Positions 52,861-62,939 of a DNA stretch of 64,000 bases are shown piece by piece. The position numbers and the translations under genes were made by a program. Numbering within the stretch: position 1 is the first letter of the stretch; the number at the start of each line of letters is the position of its first letter. The stretch comes from Mobula hypostoma (taxonomy: Eukaryota), in contig NC_086114.1 of NCBI RefSeq assembly GCF_963921235.1, positions 22,196,001 to 22,260,000 of the forward strand, written 5' to 3'. Under the pieces are notes generated by a model. That model did not search any database. It saw nothing but the letters and a program-made list of their open reading frames with translations, and was not told where the DNA came from.

Positions 52861-55800
52861 GAAAGAGCTTATCTGTTTAGCTTTTTCTTCATTTGACAAA
52901 CTGTGAATGTGTTTCAGTTGGTATCAATCTGGCCAATGTATTAGAAAGTTGTTGGTTCATTCCACTCAAAGACTGTATGCACCAAGAGCTAGGCTGACCC
53001 TTGGGTGGAACAGTGAGGGAGTGCTGTCTTCAGATAAATCATTTAATAACAAGGCACTGTGTGTGCTCCTCGTACAGAGGTGTAAAAGATCTCGATATTA
53101 TTCTGAACAAGCAGTGCCCTGGTGCTCTCATTTTCAATCAACATCACAAAAAAAAGCAGTATCTTGTAAACACAAGACACAGTTATGAGCTGTTATCTGG
53201 TCATTGTTGCCAGTCTGTCCATCTGCAAGAGCTTCCTTTGCGTAAGCAAAACGTTGGGCTGATTGACCAAGATTAGTCCTATTTCCTTTATTAAAACAGT
53301 ATTTCATAAGTACTCCTTTGACTGTAACACACACGAAACGCTGGAGAACCTCAACAGGTCAGGCGGCATCTATGGAGGGAAATAAACAGTCGGCATTTTG
53401 GGCCAAGACCCTTCATCAGGGATTCAGCCCAAAACGCCAACTATGTCATTGTTATGTAGGGAGAGCGTTGAATTATCTTTGATCATTTCACTAGTAATTC
53501 AATAGGAGGTCAATAATCTGCATTGTTAATTCTTTCTATTTCTCTACTGATGCTGCCTGGCCTGCTGAGAATTTCCAGCACCGTAAGTGTTTTATTTCAG
53601 GTTTCCTGTGTCTGTATTATTCTGCTTTTTGTTGCAATTTATCTTCACGGCAGGCTTCTCTGCCAAATCCTCACTAAGCAAGTTTGCAAATTCATGTTCA
53701 AATCTCTCTAATCAGATTTCAGGCCCTCTCACAGCATCAGATCAGCTCTAACCAACATCACCACTTCCTTTGAGGGTATGATCGCTCTTCAAAACCTCTG
53801 CAGCTTTCAACCACATCTGCCTCCTCCGCCACCTGTTTCCTAACAGCAGGAGTGACCTAGATAACAAACGAGAGAAAATCTGCAGATGCTGAAAATCCGA
53901 GGCAACACACGCAAAATGCTGCAGGAACTCAGCAGGCCTGGCAGCATCCATGGAAGAAAGTAAACAGTCGATGCTTCAGGCTTCATCAGGACTGTTGACA
54001 TTTCGACATGTAGGGTGAGGAAGTTCAGGGTTTACACCAGCTGACTGTGAAGGACCAGTGATAATTTCCAAATCAAGATAGTGTGCGACTTGGAAGAGAA
54101 ACCATATGTTGTGATGTCCCCCTCACCTGCTGCTCTTGTCTTTCCAGACTAGAAGTTATGAGTTTGGGCGGTAGTATTGGACAAATAACTGCAGCTCTTT
54201 TGAAGAAGATGCTCAGCAGTCCCTGTGAACCAGTGATCTGTATTGTTATTGGGACGTGATTATTATTGCCACAAGTGTGAAGATACAGTGAAAAAAAACT
54301 TGTTCTGTGATGCTGCTGCAAGTAATTCTTTCATTGTACTCATGCATATATAGAAACATAAAAAACCTACAGTGCAATACAGGCCCTTCAGCCCACAATG
54401 CTGTGCCGGACAGGTACTTATTTTAGAAATTACCTAGGGTTACCCATAGCCCTCTATTTTTCTAAGCTCCATGTACCTATCCAGGAGTCTCTTAAAAGAC
54501 CCATTGTATCCACCTCCACCACCGTCGCTGGCAGCCCATTCCACGCACTCATGACTCTCTGCATAAAAGACTTACCCCGACACCTCCTCTGAACCTACTT
54601 CCAAGCACCTTAAAACCATGCATATGATAATAAACTCAACTTTGACGTTAAAGGTGAGCATAAGGTCCTGCTTCTCCATCACCGTACTTTCCTCATTCCG
54701 TTTCTACAGCCTGCTTGACTGTCATCTATAGCTAGGAAAGCTCCGATTGACTGCAGTTAGACATTGGGTCGTCCAGTGAACGTAAGCCCTTACCTTAGCT
54801 ATTGTACTGGGCTTAACCAGACTAAATTAAACCTGGTATCCTTTCTGAACGTCTAATCCTATATCATTATCTTCAGAACAGGTCAACTGCCATCACTTTG
54901 ATGGCATTGCCTTGACCTCAGCATTCAGAGAAGGCTGAGGTGTATAAAATCTGGGGCCTAGACAGAGTAAATAGCAAGGATCTAGTGTTTCTGAGCTGAG
55001 TGGTGGTAAGAATAAGGACCATAGTTTTAAGGGGATTTATAAGGAGTTGGGGTTGGGGAAATGAGGAAAAATGTGTTATTAGCATGAATTCCCTGCCTTC
55101 CAAGTAGTTGGATTTGTCTATGCATTAGAATAACATGACTGCAGGTTTTTGGAAGGCTGGGTTGGTCTTTTTCAACTGGGACAGATATTACAGGCTCCAC
55201 AGCCCCCTGTGGTGTTCCCTGCTCCGAGAGATCTCCAACTATCTCCAGCCTCTGCTGCCGAGCCTCCAATAACATTTACTCTCTGTAACTTCTGCCAGCA
55301 TAAACCATCTCTTTACAAAACATCCAGCAGCACCACTGCAGTGCGTCAATCCTCGTTTTATTTCACAATTGGCAGACCGATCTCTGAATGCATTCCCTCA
55401 GACTCCTCGCCTAAACCCCAGCCCCTGCTCCCCTCTGAGGGGAAATGTTTGTACCTGTATGGCACTGCTCACAACCATGGGATCTCTCAATGTGCCTGTT
55501 GCGAGGTAGGAACTACCCCAGCAAATTAGTAAACACCAGGCTTCTAAAACAAGCAATGCAATGATAACCAGATAAAACGGAAAATTCTAGAAATATCCAC
55601 CAAACCAAGTCGCATGTGTGGAAAGAGAGCCAATGTTTACATTTCCCGTCAACCTGCTGAGGTATTCCGGCATTTTCTGTTTTTATTTTAGATTTCCAGC
55701 ATTGGCAGTTTTAAAAAATAATCTTGAATCATATCTGGCAGGTGGGATTTTAGTTACTTTGATTGTGGAATGATGTTGATGTACATGGGATTTCTATTTA

Positions 55801-55974
55801 TTATGTTTTTATTATAATTGTGTTCGTTATCTTATTGTGCTTTTTGTGCTGCATCGGATCTGGAGTAACTATGATTTCATTTTCCTTTCCACTTGTGTAC
55901 TGGAAATGGCATGAAACAATCCTGAATCTTGAAACTACTACTGGGAATGCCAGGGATAATCCCCTTTCTCTTCT

Positions 55975-56395
55975 TCAAAGTCTCCAAGAGGATACCAACC
56001 TTGACGTGGTTTGGACGCACATGACCTCAATGACCTGGAGAGCTTCGTTGGCTGGAGTCAGTGCTTAATACCTAGTCTTGGTAGGGTCACCCATGCCAAA
56101 CAGTTCAAAGGGTAGAGGACAGGCTAAGAGTGGTCCATCGGTCCTCAAGGTTCGGGGGTTCAGCTCAGAGTTAACCACCTTGAGTGGTCAAACAAAATTG
56201 TTACGGAAACAGCACTGAAGAATCCTTTTACATCTGAGTGTGATGGCGTTCCTGAGTATCCACCCGGGACTTGCATGACTGATAGTAGTGAAAACCCAGA
56301 GAAAGCTACTGACATGATGAAGGAAGCCCTGAACACCGCCAGAGATGGAGGACCTAAATGCCAACGGTGTAATGGGCAGCCATAAGGCTTCCTCA
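55975..56395 (+). mobile_element. RTE-derived bipartite non-autonomous element
   Basis: ccttgacgtggtttgga...ggtagggtcacccatgccaaacag (RTE-like 5' UTR) joined to a short RTE-like 3' end. Confidence 0.55.
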
Positions 56396-56479
56396 AAGGG
56401 ATCATTTATGAAAGCGTGGTCAGAGCCTCAGTTTGAACAGAGCATCCAAAGCACAGTGCCTTCAGTTTCCCAAAAAAAG

Positions 56480-57200
56480 CATAAGAAATATATACACAAA
56501 TAAAAAAATTGCACAACATTTCAGTGTTTGAAATGTTAGCTCTTTCAAGTCCAGTAGCAGAAGAACCCTATAAATTGTGGTCTTTCCCCATGCGGCCTTT
56601 CCACTGAGCTGTAGGTCCCTCCACATCTACTCCGGTATCTGGAATGTGCCAGTCCATCAGACAGTAGGACATAGGAATTAGGCCACTCAGCCCATCGAGT
56701 CTGCTCTGCCATTCCATCATGGTTGATCACGGATCCCATTCAACCCCATACAGCTGCCTTCTCGCCATATCCTTTGATGCCCTGACAGATCAGGGCTAAC
56801 ATCTCTCTGTTCTGGAAGATGAACATGTTTTGGCTAACCAAATGGCATTTTCACTGAGTTGATCTTCCAGCAGCACTTGATGTCCATGGTGGCGTGTGGC
56901 CCGTAGATAGCCCTCTGTTATGCAGCTGCTTGGGATGAACGGAGACAAACCCTCTTGCATTCCCCTTCTCAGCTTCTCAGCAAACCCACAGTCTGCACAA
57001 CGGTCCAGTAACTGTCGCTTCCTCCTTCCCGAAGGCAGCTTACTCTGGGAATGGTATTCCATTAGCAATGTAGTTTGCACTGTATGGATTTTCACTCCAC
57101 ATTTGTGTCAAGCGTCAGCATCAAGTCAACGGACAGGGATTTCAACCCACTTTTGACTCAGTGAAGGTGGTGCCAAGGACTGACCCACCGCTGACATTTT
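56480..57200 (-). mobile_element. L1/Tx1-like ORF2 C-terminal fragment with a CR1 tail inserted (~56668-56796)
   Basis: CGFAEK...MQEGLSPFIPSSCITE...NAIWLA resembles Tx1 ORF2 C-termini. Confidence 0.55.
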
Positions 57201-57319
57201 AAAATTGATGCAATCTCTTACTGAACTTTTGACTTTCTGAAACACTGGAAGCATCATATTAATATCTGCATGTAATTATGTGCTGGTGGTGATAATCTAA
57301 AGTACCAGCAAAATCATGC

Positions 57320-57600
57320 GCCCATTCTTTACATGGGGGAGTCTTGGACCGGAGGACTTAGTCTCAGCATAGAGGGGCGTCCATTTACAAGAGAGACGAA
57401 GAGAGATTTCTTTAGCCAGAGGGTGATGAATCTGTGGAATATTTAAAGCAGAGGTTAATAGTTAGGGCGTTAGAGGTTACTGGGAGAAGCCAAGCGAATG
57501 AGGTTGTGAGGGATAATAAATCAGCCAGGATAGAATAACGGCGCAGACTCGACGGGCCGAATGGCCTACTTCTGCTCCAATGCCTTTTGGTCTTTATTTC
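57320..57600 (+). mobile_element. CR1 3' end
   Basis: ttctttagccagagggtgatgaatctgtggaa; gggccgaatggcctacttctgct. Confidence 0.8.
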
Positions 57601-57879
57601 GTCTCCTACTTGCGGGATCTTGCTATGCTGTTCATTAACAATCAGCGCATTTAAAATGAACTAAATGCTTTAGTATCTTTCTAAACGATTCGACAATAGT
57701 CCATGTAAAATTTCATGTTTCATTAGAAAAGCGATGCTAATTTAGTTTAGAATACAACTGAGTTAAAAATCCTTTCAGTTCGCTCCATCAATCCTTTCGC
57801 CTCTCCGCGGTGTAAATTTTAAATATCTCAAATTAAGACTCTCCCTGTCCACTCTACATGTGTTTTGCATTAGTTTGAC

Positions 57880-58581
57880 ATTGCTGTGCGGAACATGCTT
57901 TTAAGTTTTCTGCAGATCCCCAAGGGAAAGCATACTGTACTGAACTCGGCTGATTAACGACGTGCCAAACACAGCCTTCGCTTGCTGGCGAGCCGCCAAG
58001 GACTTGATGTCCCAACTCTCGCTTTTTCTCGCACTTTCTTCTGTGCACAAACCGATGCTGGCTCCCAGCCCAGAAAAAAAGCTACCCAAAAAAAAACACA
58101 AAAATCACGCACTGCAGATCGGCGAATTTGCGACAAAAGATGTAAAACCTGCACAACCAAAAAAAAACAGCAGCAGATACTCAGGTAGCACCTGTAAAGA
58201 ACGCAAGGTTTAAAACCTCAACAAATGTTGACTGCAGTCACCTGAGTACAGAGTTTTGCTGTGGTACAAGTTGTCTCCGGCGCTGTGCACAGCCCGTTCC
58301 CACAAGACCTGGGTGGGACTTGGCCCGATCGTGGTGAACGTGCTCGGCGCATTGATTGGCTGGGTTCAACTCGCAACAGTCAGATATGGAATGTCGATCC
58401 TTGTGTGGAGCGGTGGGCGGGGTCTACGGGGGGGGGGCGGCTACCAGCGTATTAATATAATGAGTTTGCCCCCGTTGACTGCGCTCCGCACTCTGGTTGG
58501 GGACCAGTGTTGGTTGGGCTCTGTTTCGTCGGACGGCTCCTGTCATTCATTAGTGACTTGGCCCTCGGCTTTGTATGAAAG
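57880..58581 (+). promoter_or_regulatory. ddit4 proximal promoter and 5' UTR (CpG-rich)
   Basis: TATA-like TATTAATATAA 58450-58460; GC boxes 58415-58422 and 58434-58440; inverted CCAAT 58355-58359; HRE cores ACGTG 58338-58342 and 57960-57964; p53-type half-site GAACATGCTT 57891-57900; CpG density visibly above background. Confidence 0.75.
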
Positions 58582-58744
58582 ATGTGTCACGGACGCGCTG
58601 CGGCTCCTCCTCCGCCGCCGTTGCCCCCTTCCTCCTGGGGTAAACTGCTGCAGAGGATCGCCGACCTGACCGGCAGCTGCCCGGCTCAGTTTCCGCCGGA
58701 TCGGCTGGAACACAAAGCAGAGCCCAGTCTGGACACTGACAGCG
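58582..58744 (+). CDS. ddit4: DNA damage-inducible transcript 4 (REDD1/RTP801), coding exon 1 (54 codons + 1 nt)
   Basis: ATG at 58582 (aagATGt) encodes MCHGRAAAPPPPPLPPSSWGKLLQRIADL...SLDTDS. The SWGKLLQRI motif resembles the N-terminus of fish Ddit4 as I recall it. Canonical donor AGCG|GTAAGT at 58744/58745 is phase 1, matching exon 2. Confidence 0.85.
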
Positions 58745-59194
58745 GTAAGTGTCATTATTCGGTCTCGTCTCGTGTCGGTGCTGGATCAGCCAACTCTCAA
58801 TGTAAAATTGCCTCTCCTGTTGTATTAACCGTTAATGCTGGGGGAAAGAATGCTTTAGCTAATTGAAGTAAGGAAAAACAGGAGACTGATAGAACTTCAA
58901 GGTCTAGTTGGGCCGAACGGCCTGTGTTGGCCGTCCATCCTAAGTACTTTAATTATGTTTATATCTTGATTTGAAGCACCGGTATAAATTCATGAAAGCC
59001 AGTATTTTTGCCGCGGCACAGTATATCACAGACATGATCCTTAAATGTACTGTTGCGTGTAGTGATGTTATTCGTTAGACCAATTCCAATCAGAATCCGA
59101 TTTATTATCGTTGACAATGATGTGAAATTCTACTGCGGCAGTGCCGTGCAATATTTAGTTTTAATATTTTCGTGCCCCCTTTCTAAATTGGCAG

Positions 59195-59676
59195 ATTACG
59201 GGAGTTTGGAATCGGACCGTGACTCGGTCACCGACGACCCGTTTGAGGAGTTTCTGTGCGCCGATGTGATGCAGCTGGTTGAGCAGAGCCTGAGCGAGGC
59301 CAAGCGCGGTGCCCTTCGCTGCTTCAAGCTCCTCATCCCGGAGGAGTTGAGCGGCCAGGTGGCGGAGGAGCTGCTCCGGCTGGCAGCCAGCGAGCCTTGC
59401 GGCCTGCGGGGCGCCGTACTGCATCTCAGCGTGGAGGATGGCAACGTTTGCAAAGATGTGGACCGGATAGTGGTGGATGGCAGTCTGTCTCCCACCTTCG
59501 AGCTCGCCCTGGTGCTGAGATTGGAAGCTGGTATCTGGTCCAAGATCCAGGACCTCTTGACTTCGGGCCCCTCTTTCACTCCGGGGTACAGCCAAACACT
59601 CAGACTCAGCCCCAGGTTCCGGATCATTAAGAGAAAACTGTACAGTTCCAACGAGGTCTTGGTGGAAGAATGCTGA
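59195..59676 (+). CDS. ddit4: DDIT4/REDD1 coding exon 2 (RTP801_C domain); spliced product 214 aa
   Basis: Acceptor ttctaaattggcAG at 59193-59194; G|AT restores the frame of ORF 59053..59676. Contains LLRLAASEPCGLRGA, PTFELALVLRL, and C-terminal FRIIKRKLYSSNEVLVEEC (human DDIT4 ends FRVIKKKLYSSEQLLIEEC). Confidence 0.95.
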
Positions 59677-60124
59677 GCTGGTGGCCACTGAGTGACTAGG
59701 ACAACTGCTGGGGCAGAAAGTCTCCTCTTGGGGGGGCTCTGATCTGGCCCCGGGAGGATTAGTTCACAGGCTGAGCAAGTTTACAGCCACACACCGGTGC
59801 TCTGGGTGGGAATCTGCACTTGGATGCCCTCCCCAATCCAGAGTGCTCGGTGCTGGCCAGTGTGGAGCCAGTTCTGCACTGGAGGGGACACGTTTAGCAG
59901 TTTAAAATGACATGGTGCTAACTTGTGTATAAATGTAAATACCACTTTGTTGGGACAGTAGGTCTGCCGGGCAGCCTACTTTTTGACTGGCATTGGATAT
60001 GCATACAATACAGAATTTTGATACTTTGGTGCTATTTTTATTGTTTGTACTAAGTGAATAAAAGAACAAACGTGGAACCTTTCTCTGTATGACCATTTAT
60101 TGCTCTGTATTTACACCAAATAAA
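59677..60124 (+). other. ddit4 3' UTR with poly(A) signals
   Basis: AATAAA at 60057-60062 and 60119-60124; AU/U-rich distal part; a CR1 fragment starts immediately after. Confidence 0.7.
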
Positions 60125-60510
60125 TGAGGGGGATCTCATTCAACCAATTGAATATTGAAAGACCTAGACAGAGTGGACATAGAGGGGATGTTTCCTGTAA
60201 TGGGCGAGTCTAGGACCAGTGGGCACAGCCTCAGACGAGAAGGACGTCCCTTTAGAACAGAGATGAGGAGGACTTTCTTTCGCCAGAGGGTGGTGAATCT
60301 GTGGAATTCTACCACATGTACCTGTGGAGAACGAGTCTCATTGGGTTTATTTGAAGCCAAGGTTGATAGGTTCTTGATTACTAAGGGCATCAAAAGTTAC
60401 GGGGAGAAGGCAGAAAAACGGTGTTGAGAGAGAAAATGAATCAGCCATGATGGAATGGTGGAGCAGACTTGATGGGCTGAATGGCCTAATTCTGCTCCTT
60501 TGTCTTAGGG
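60123..60510 (+). mobile_element. CR1 3' fragment directly downstream of the ddit4 poly(A) signals
   Basis: LDRVDIEGMFPVMGESRT...FFRQRVVNLWN. Confidence 0.85.
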
Positions 60511-61027
60511 AATTTTTAGGAATGAACTTGCTGCCTCTGTTGCAGCTTCAGTGTACTGTACAAGTCAGCTGGGCATTTGGTTCAGATTGAGAACTGCATC
60601 AAATTGGACCCTGTCCCAGTTACCACCGCAAGCTGCTACATGGTCCTAGTGCTCACAGTTAATTCTAGAGTTGCCAATGCCTTTTTTCCGCAAGAGTTTA
60701 TTATCAAGCCACTTCCTTTGTAGTTTGAGTGTAACTAATACTTTAAAAGCAGCCTGGTTTACTGGCAAAATCAGTTTTCTCACTTACCGGACCACTTGAT
60801 GCCACACAATCCAGAAATCAGCATGTTTTTCCCTTGTCTTGGTTTACAAATCTGGGAGGTAAAGAGGAATGAGGGTCAGTAAATGAAGTATGTACTTAAA
60901 TTCTAAACTTGCAGGGGGGGGGCGGAGAACCATAATTGATAGCAGATGTAAAAGAGAGCAGCTGCTGTAATTTGGAGTGCAAGGCAAACATGCAAACCAA
61001 TGGCCTCTAACCTGAAACACTGGCTAT

Positions 61028-61345
61028 CAAAATCAGAATCAGGTTTAATATCACTGGCATATGTCGTGAAATCTATTGATGATGTGGCAGCAGTACACTG
61101 CAATACATAATAATAGAAAAAACAATTACAGGAAGTATATATAGAATAGTTAAGTAAGTACAATAGAAACTTTTAAAAAAAGTGAGGTAGTGTTCATGGA
61201 TTCAATGCCCATTCAGAAATCAGATGGAAGAGGGGAAGAAGCTGTTCCTGAATCACTGAGTGTGTGTCTTCAGCCTCCTGTACCACCTTCCTGATGGTAG
61301 CAATGAGAAGAGGGCATGACCTGGGTGATGGGGGTTCTTAATGCA
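61028..61345 (-). mobile_element. Rex/Babar-type 3' tail
   Basis: aatcagaatcaggttt tail plus antisense LLPSGR-type coding remnant. Confidence 0.75.
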
Positions 61346-62939
61346 GGGTGTCGCCATCACCCATTTCTCTCTACAGATGCTGCCCAACCTGCTGAGTTCC
61401 TACAGCAATTTTTGTTTTGTATCAATTGATAAACAGTCCTGATTCAATTAGGAGGATGTTGTTTATTACTTCAGACGCTGCGGTTAAATCATCATAATTC
61501 CATCTGGAACATTAAACAGAGTTTGCCCTTGGGATATAAAATACCATCTGTTATTTCAAAGCAATGGGGAGAACACTCTGTTGCCCTGACATTTGAGGCA
61601 ACAATGTAACTAACATTTTAAGAGCAGTCTGGTGTATTATCTCTGGAGGATAAACTGGCAAAACCAGTTTTCTCACTTACCGGACCACTTGATGCAAAAA
61701 AAAATTCCTAAATCAGCATATCTTCACCCTGCCCTGGGCTTTTGCATATGAAGAAATTGAGGAATTAGGATAATTCAGGATAGGAGAAAAATGAGTGGCC
61801 ATAATCCTAAACATACAAGATTTACAGATGCTGGAAATCCAGGGCAACACACTGAAAATGCTGAAGGAACTCGGCCAGTCAGGTAAAATCTATGGAGAAG
61901 AATAAATAGTTCCCCTCCATAGAGAGGAACTTTCTGCCAGAAACAAGCTGCTTCTAGTCAAGACTCTTTATCAGAATTGGGGAGGAAGACAATACTGTAT
62001 AAAGTTTGGGGGGAGCAGTCAGAGAGAGTACAAGTGATATGTGAGACCTAGGCAGGGGAAAAGCGGGGGCGGGGGGGATGATAAGGGGCCCTAAACTGCT
62101 CACAAGTGCAGTCTGACCAATGCCTTATAAAGCCTCAGCACTCCAACCTTGCTTTTATGTTCTAGTCCTCTCAAAATGAATGCTAACATTGCATTTGTCT
62201 TCCTTACTGTATAAATGGGTGCTCAACGTTTCTATCTATAGTTATCCTTCACTGGTCTATATTTAGACCTTGCTGCAAAATAATCTTGGAATTGTACTTG
62301 AACTATTAAGCAGACCACAACTGAGCCTGTCCCTAGGGCTTAGTGGCCACTTACTCAAAGGACTTGCTGATTGTAATCGAGGCTCTACTCACAACAGTTT
62401 GACCTTTTAACTTTTTTAAAATGAGAATTTAAAAATGATGCTTAGCAGGTTAGGTTTCAACTGAGAGGGCAATATTTCAAGTTGATCAGTTGTCATTAAA
62501 TGTCCTTTGATGGGGATTAGTTGTCCTGGGAAGGCTGGTGTTCTGGGATGCCATTTTACAGAGACCTATGTCTCCTGCTATGTCTACTGAAAGTGTAAAG
62601 TAAATTTATTAATACATATATGTCACCATATAAACCCCTGAGATATATTTTCTTGCAGGCATTCACGGTAAATACAAAGAAACACCATCGAATCAATGAA
62701 AGACAGCACCCAACAAGGTGAACAAACAACCAATGTGTAAATACTCCTGCCAAGAACATTGGCTTGCAATAGGAGACTGAGAGGATCGACTAGGCTCCTT
62801 AAGAAAACTTGGAGCCACAATTTGCTTTGCACTCACTCCCATTTCCATTGAAGGGGTTTTCTTTCCAGTAACTTCTGTCCAACATTAGACTGGGAACCCC
62901 ATTGCTGGGGGAGGGGGTGGTGGTGGTGGTGGTGGTGGC

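Noticed and set aside
1-57800. Exons of expected syntenic neighbours (e.g. ANAPC16, ASCC1)
   Set aside because: No matching peptide seen in the ORF track or by eye; small exons cannot be excluded without tblastn.
58338-58359. ERSE element (CCAAT-N9-CCACG)
   Set aside because: Spacing is 12 nt and the second half does not match CCACG.
58745-58866. Read-through of ORF 58582..58866 as a 94-aa protein
   Set aside because: Extends past a consensus GTAAGT donor into the intron.
59053-59194. N-terminal extension of ORF 59053..59676 (MRVVMLFVRP...)
   Set aside because: Non-ATG start, lies in the intron and includes a Rex-tail remnant; the acceptor at 59194 gives a phase-compatible join to exon 1.
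59161-59688. Antisense ORFs of 175 aa and 151 aa over ddit4 exon 2
   Set aside because: Shadow frames of a GC-rich coding exon with no recognisable motif.
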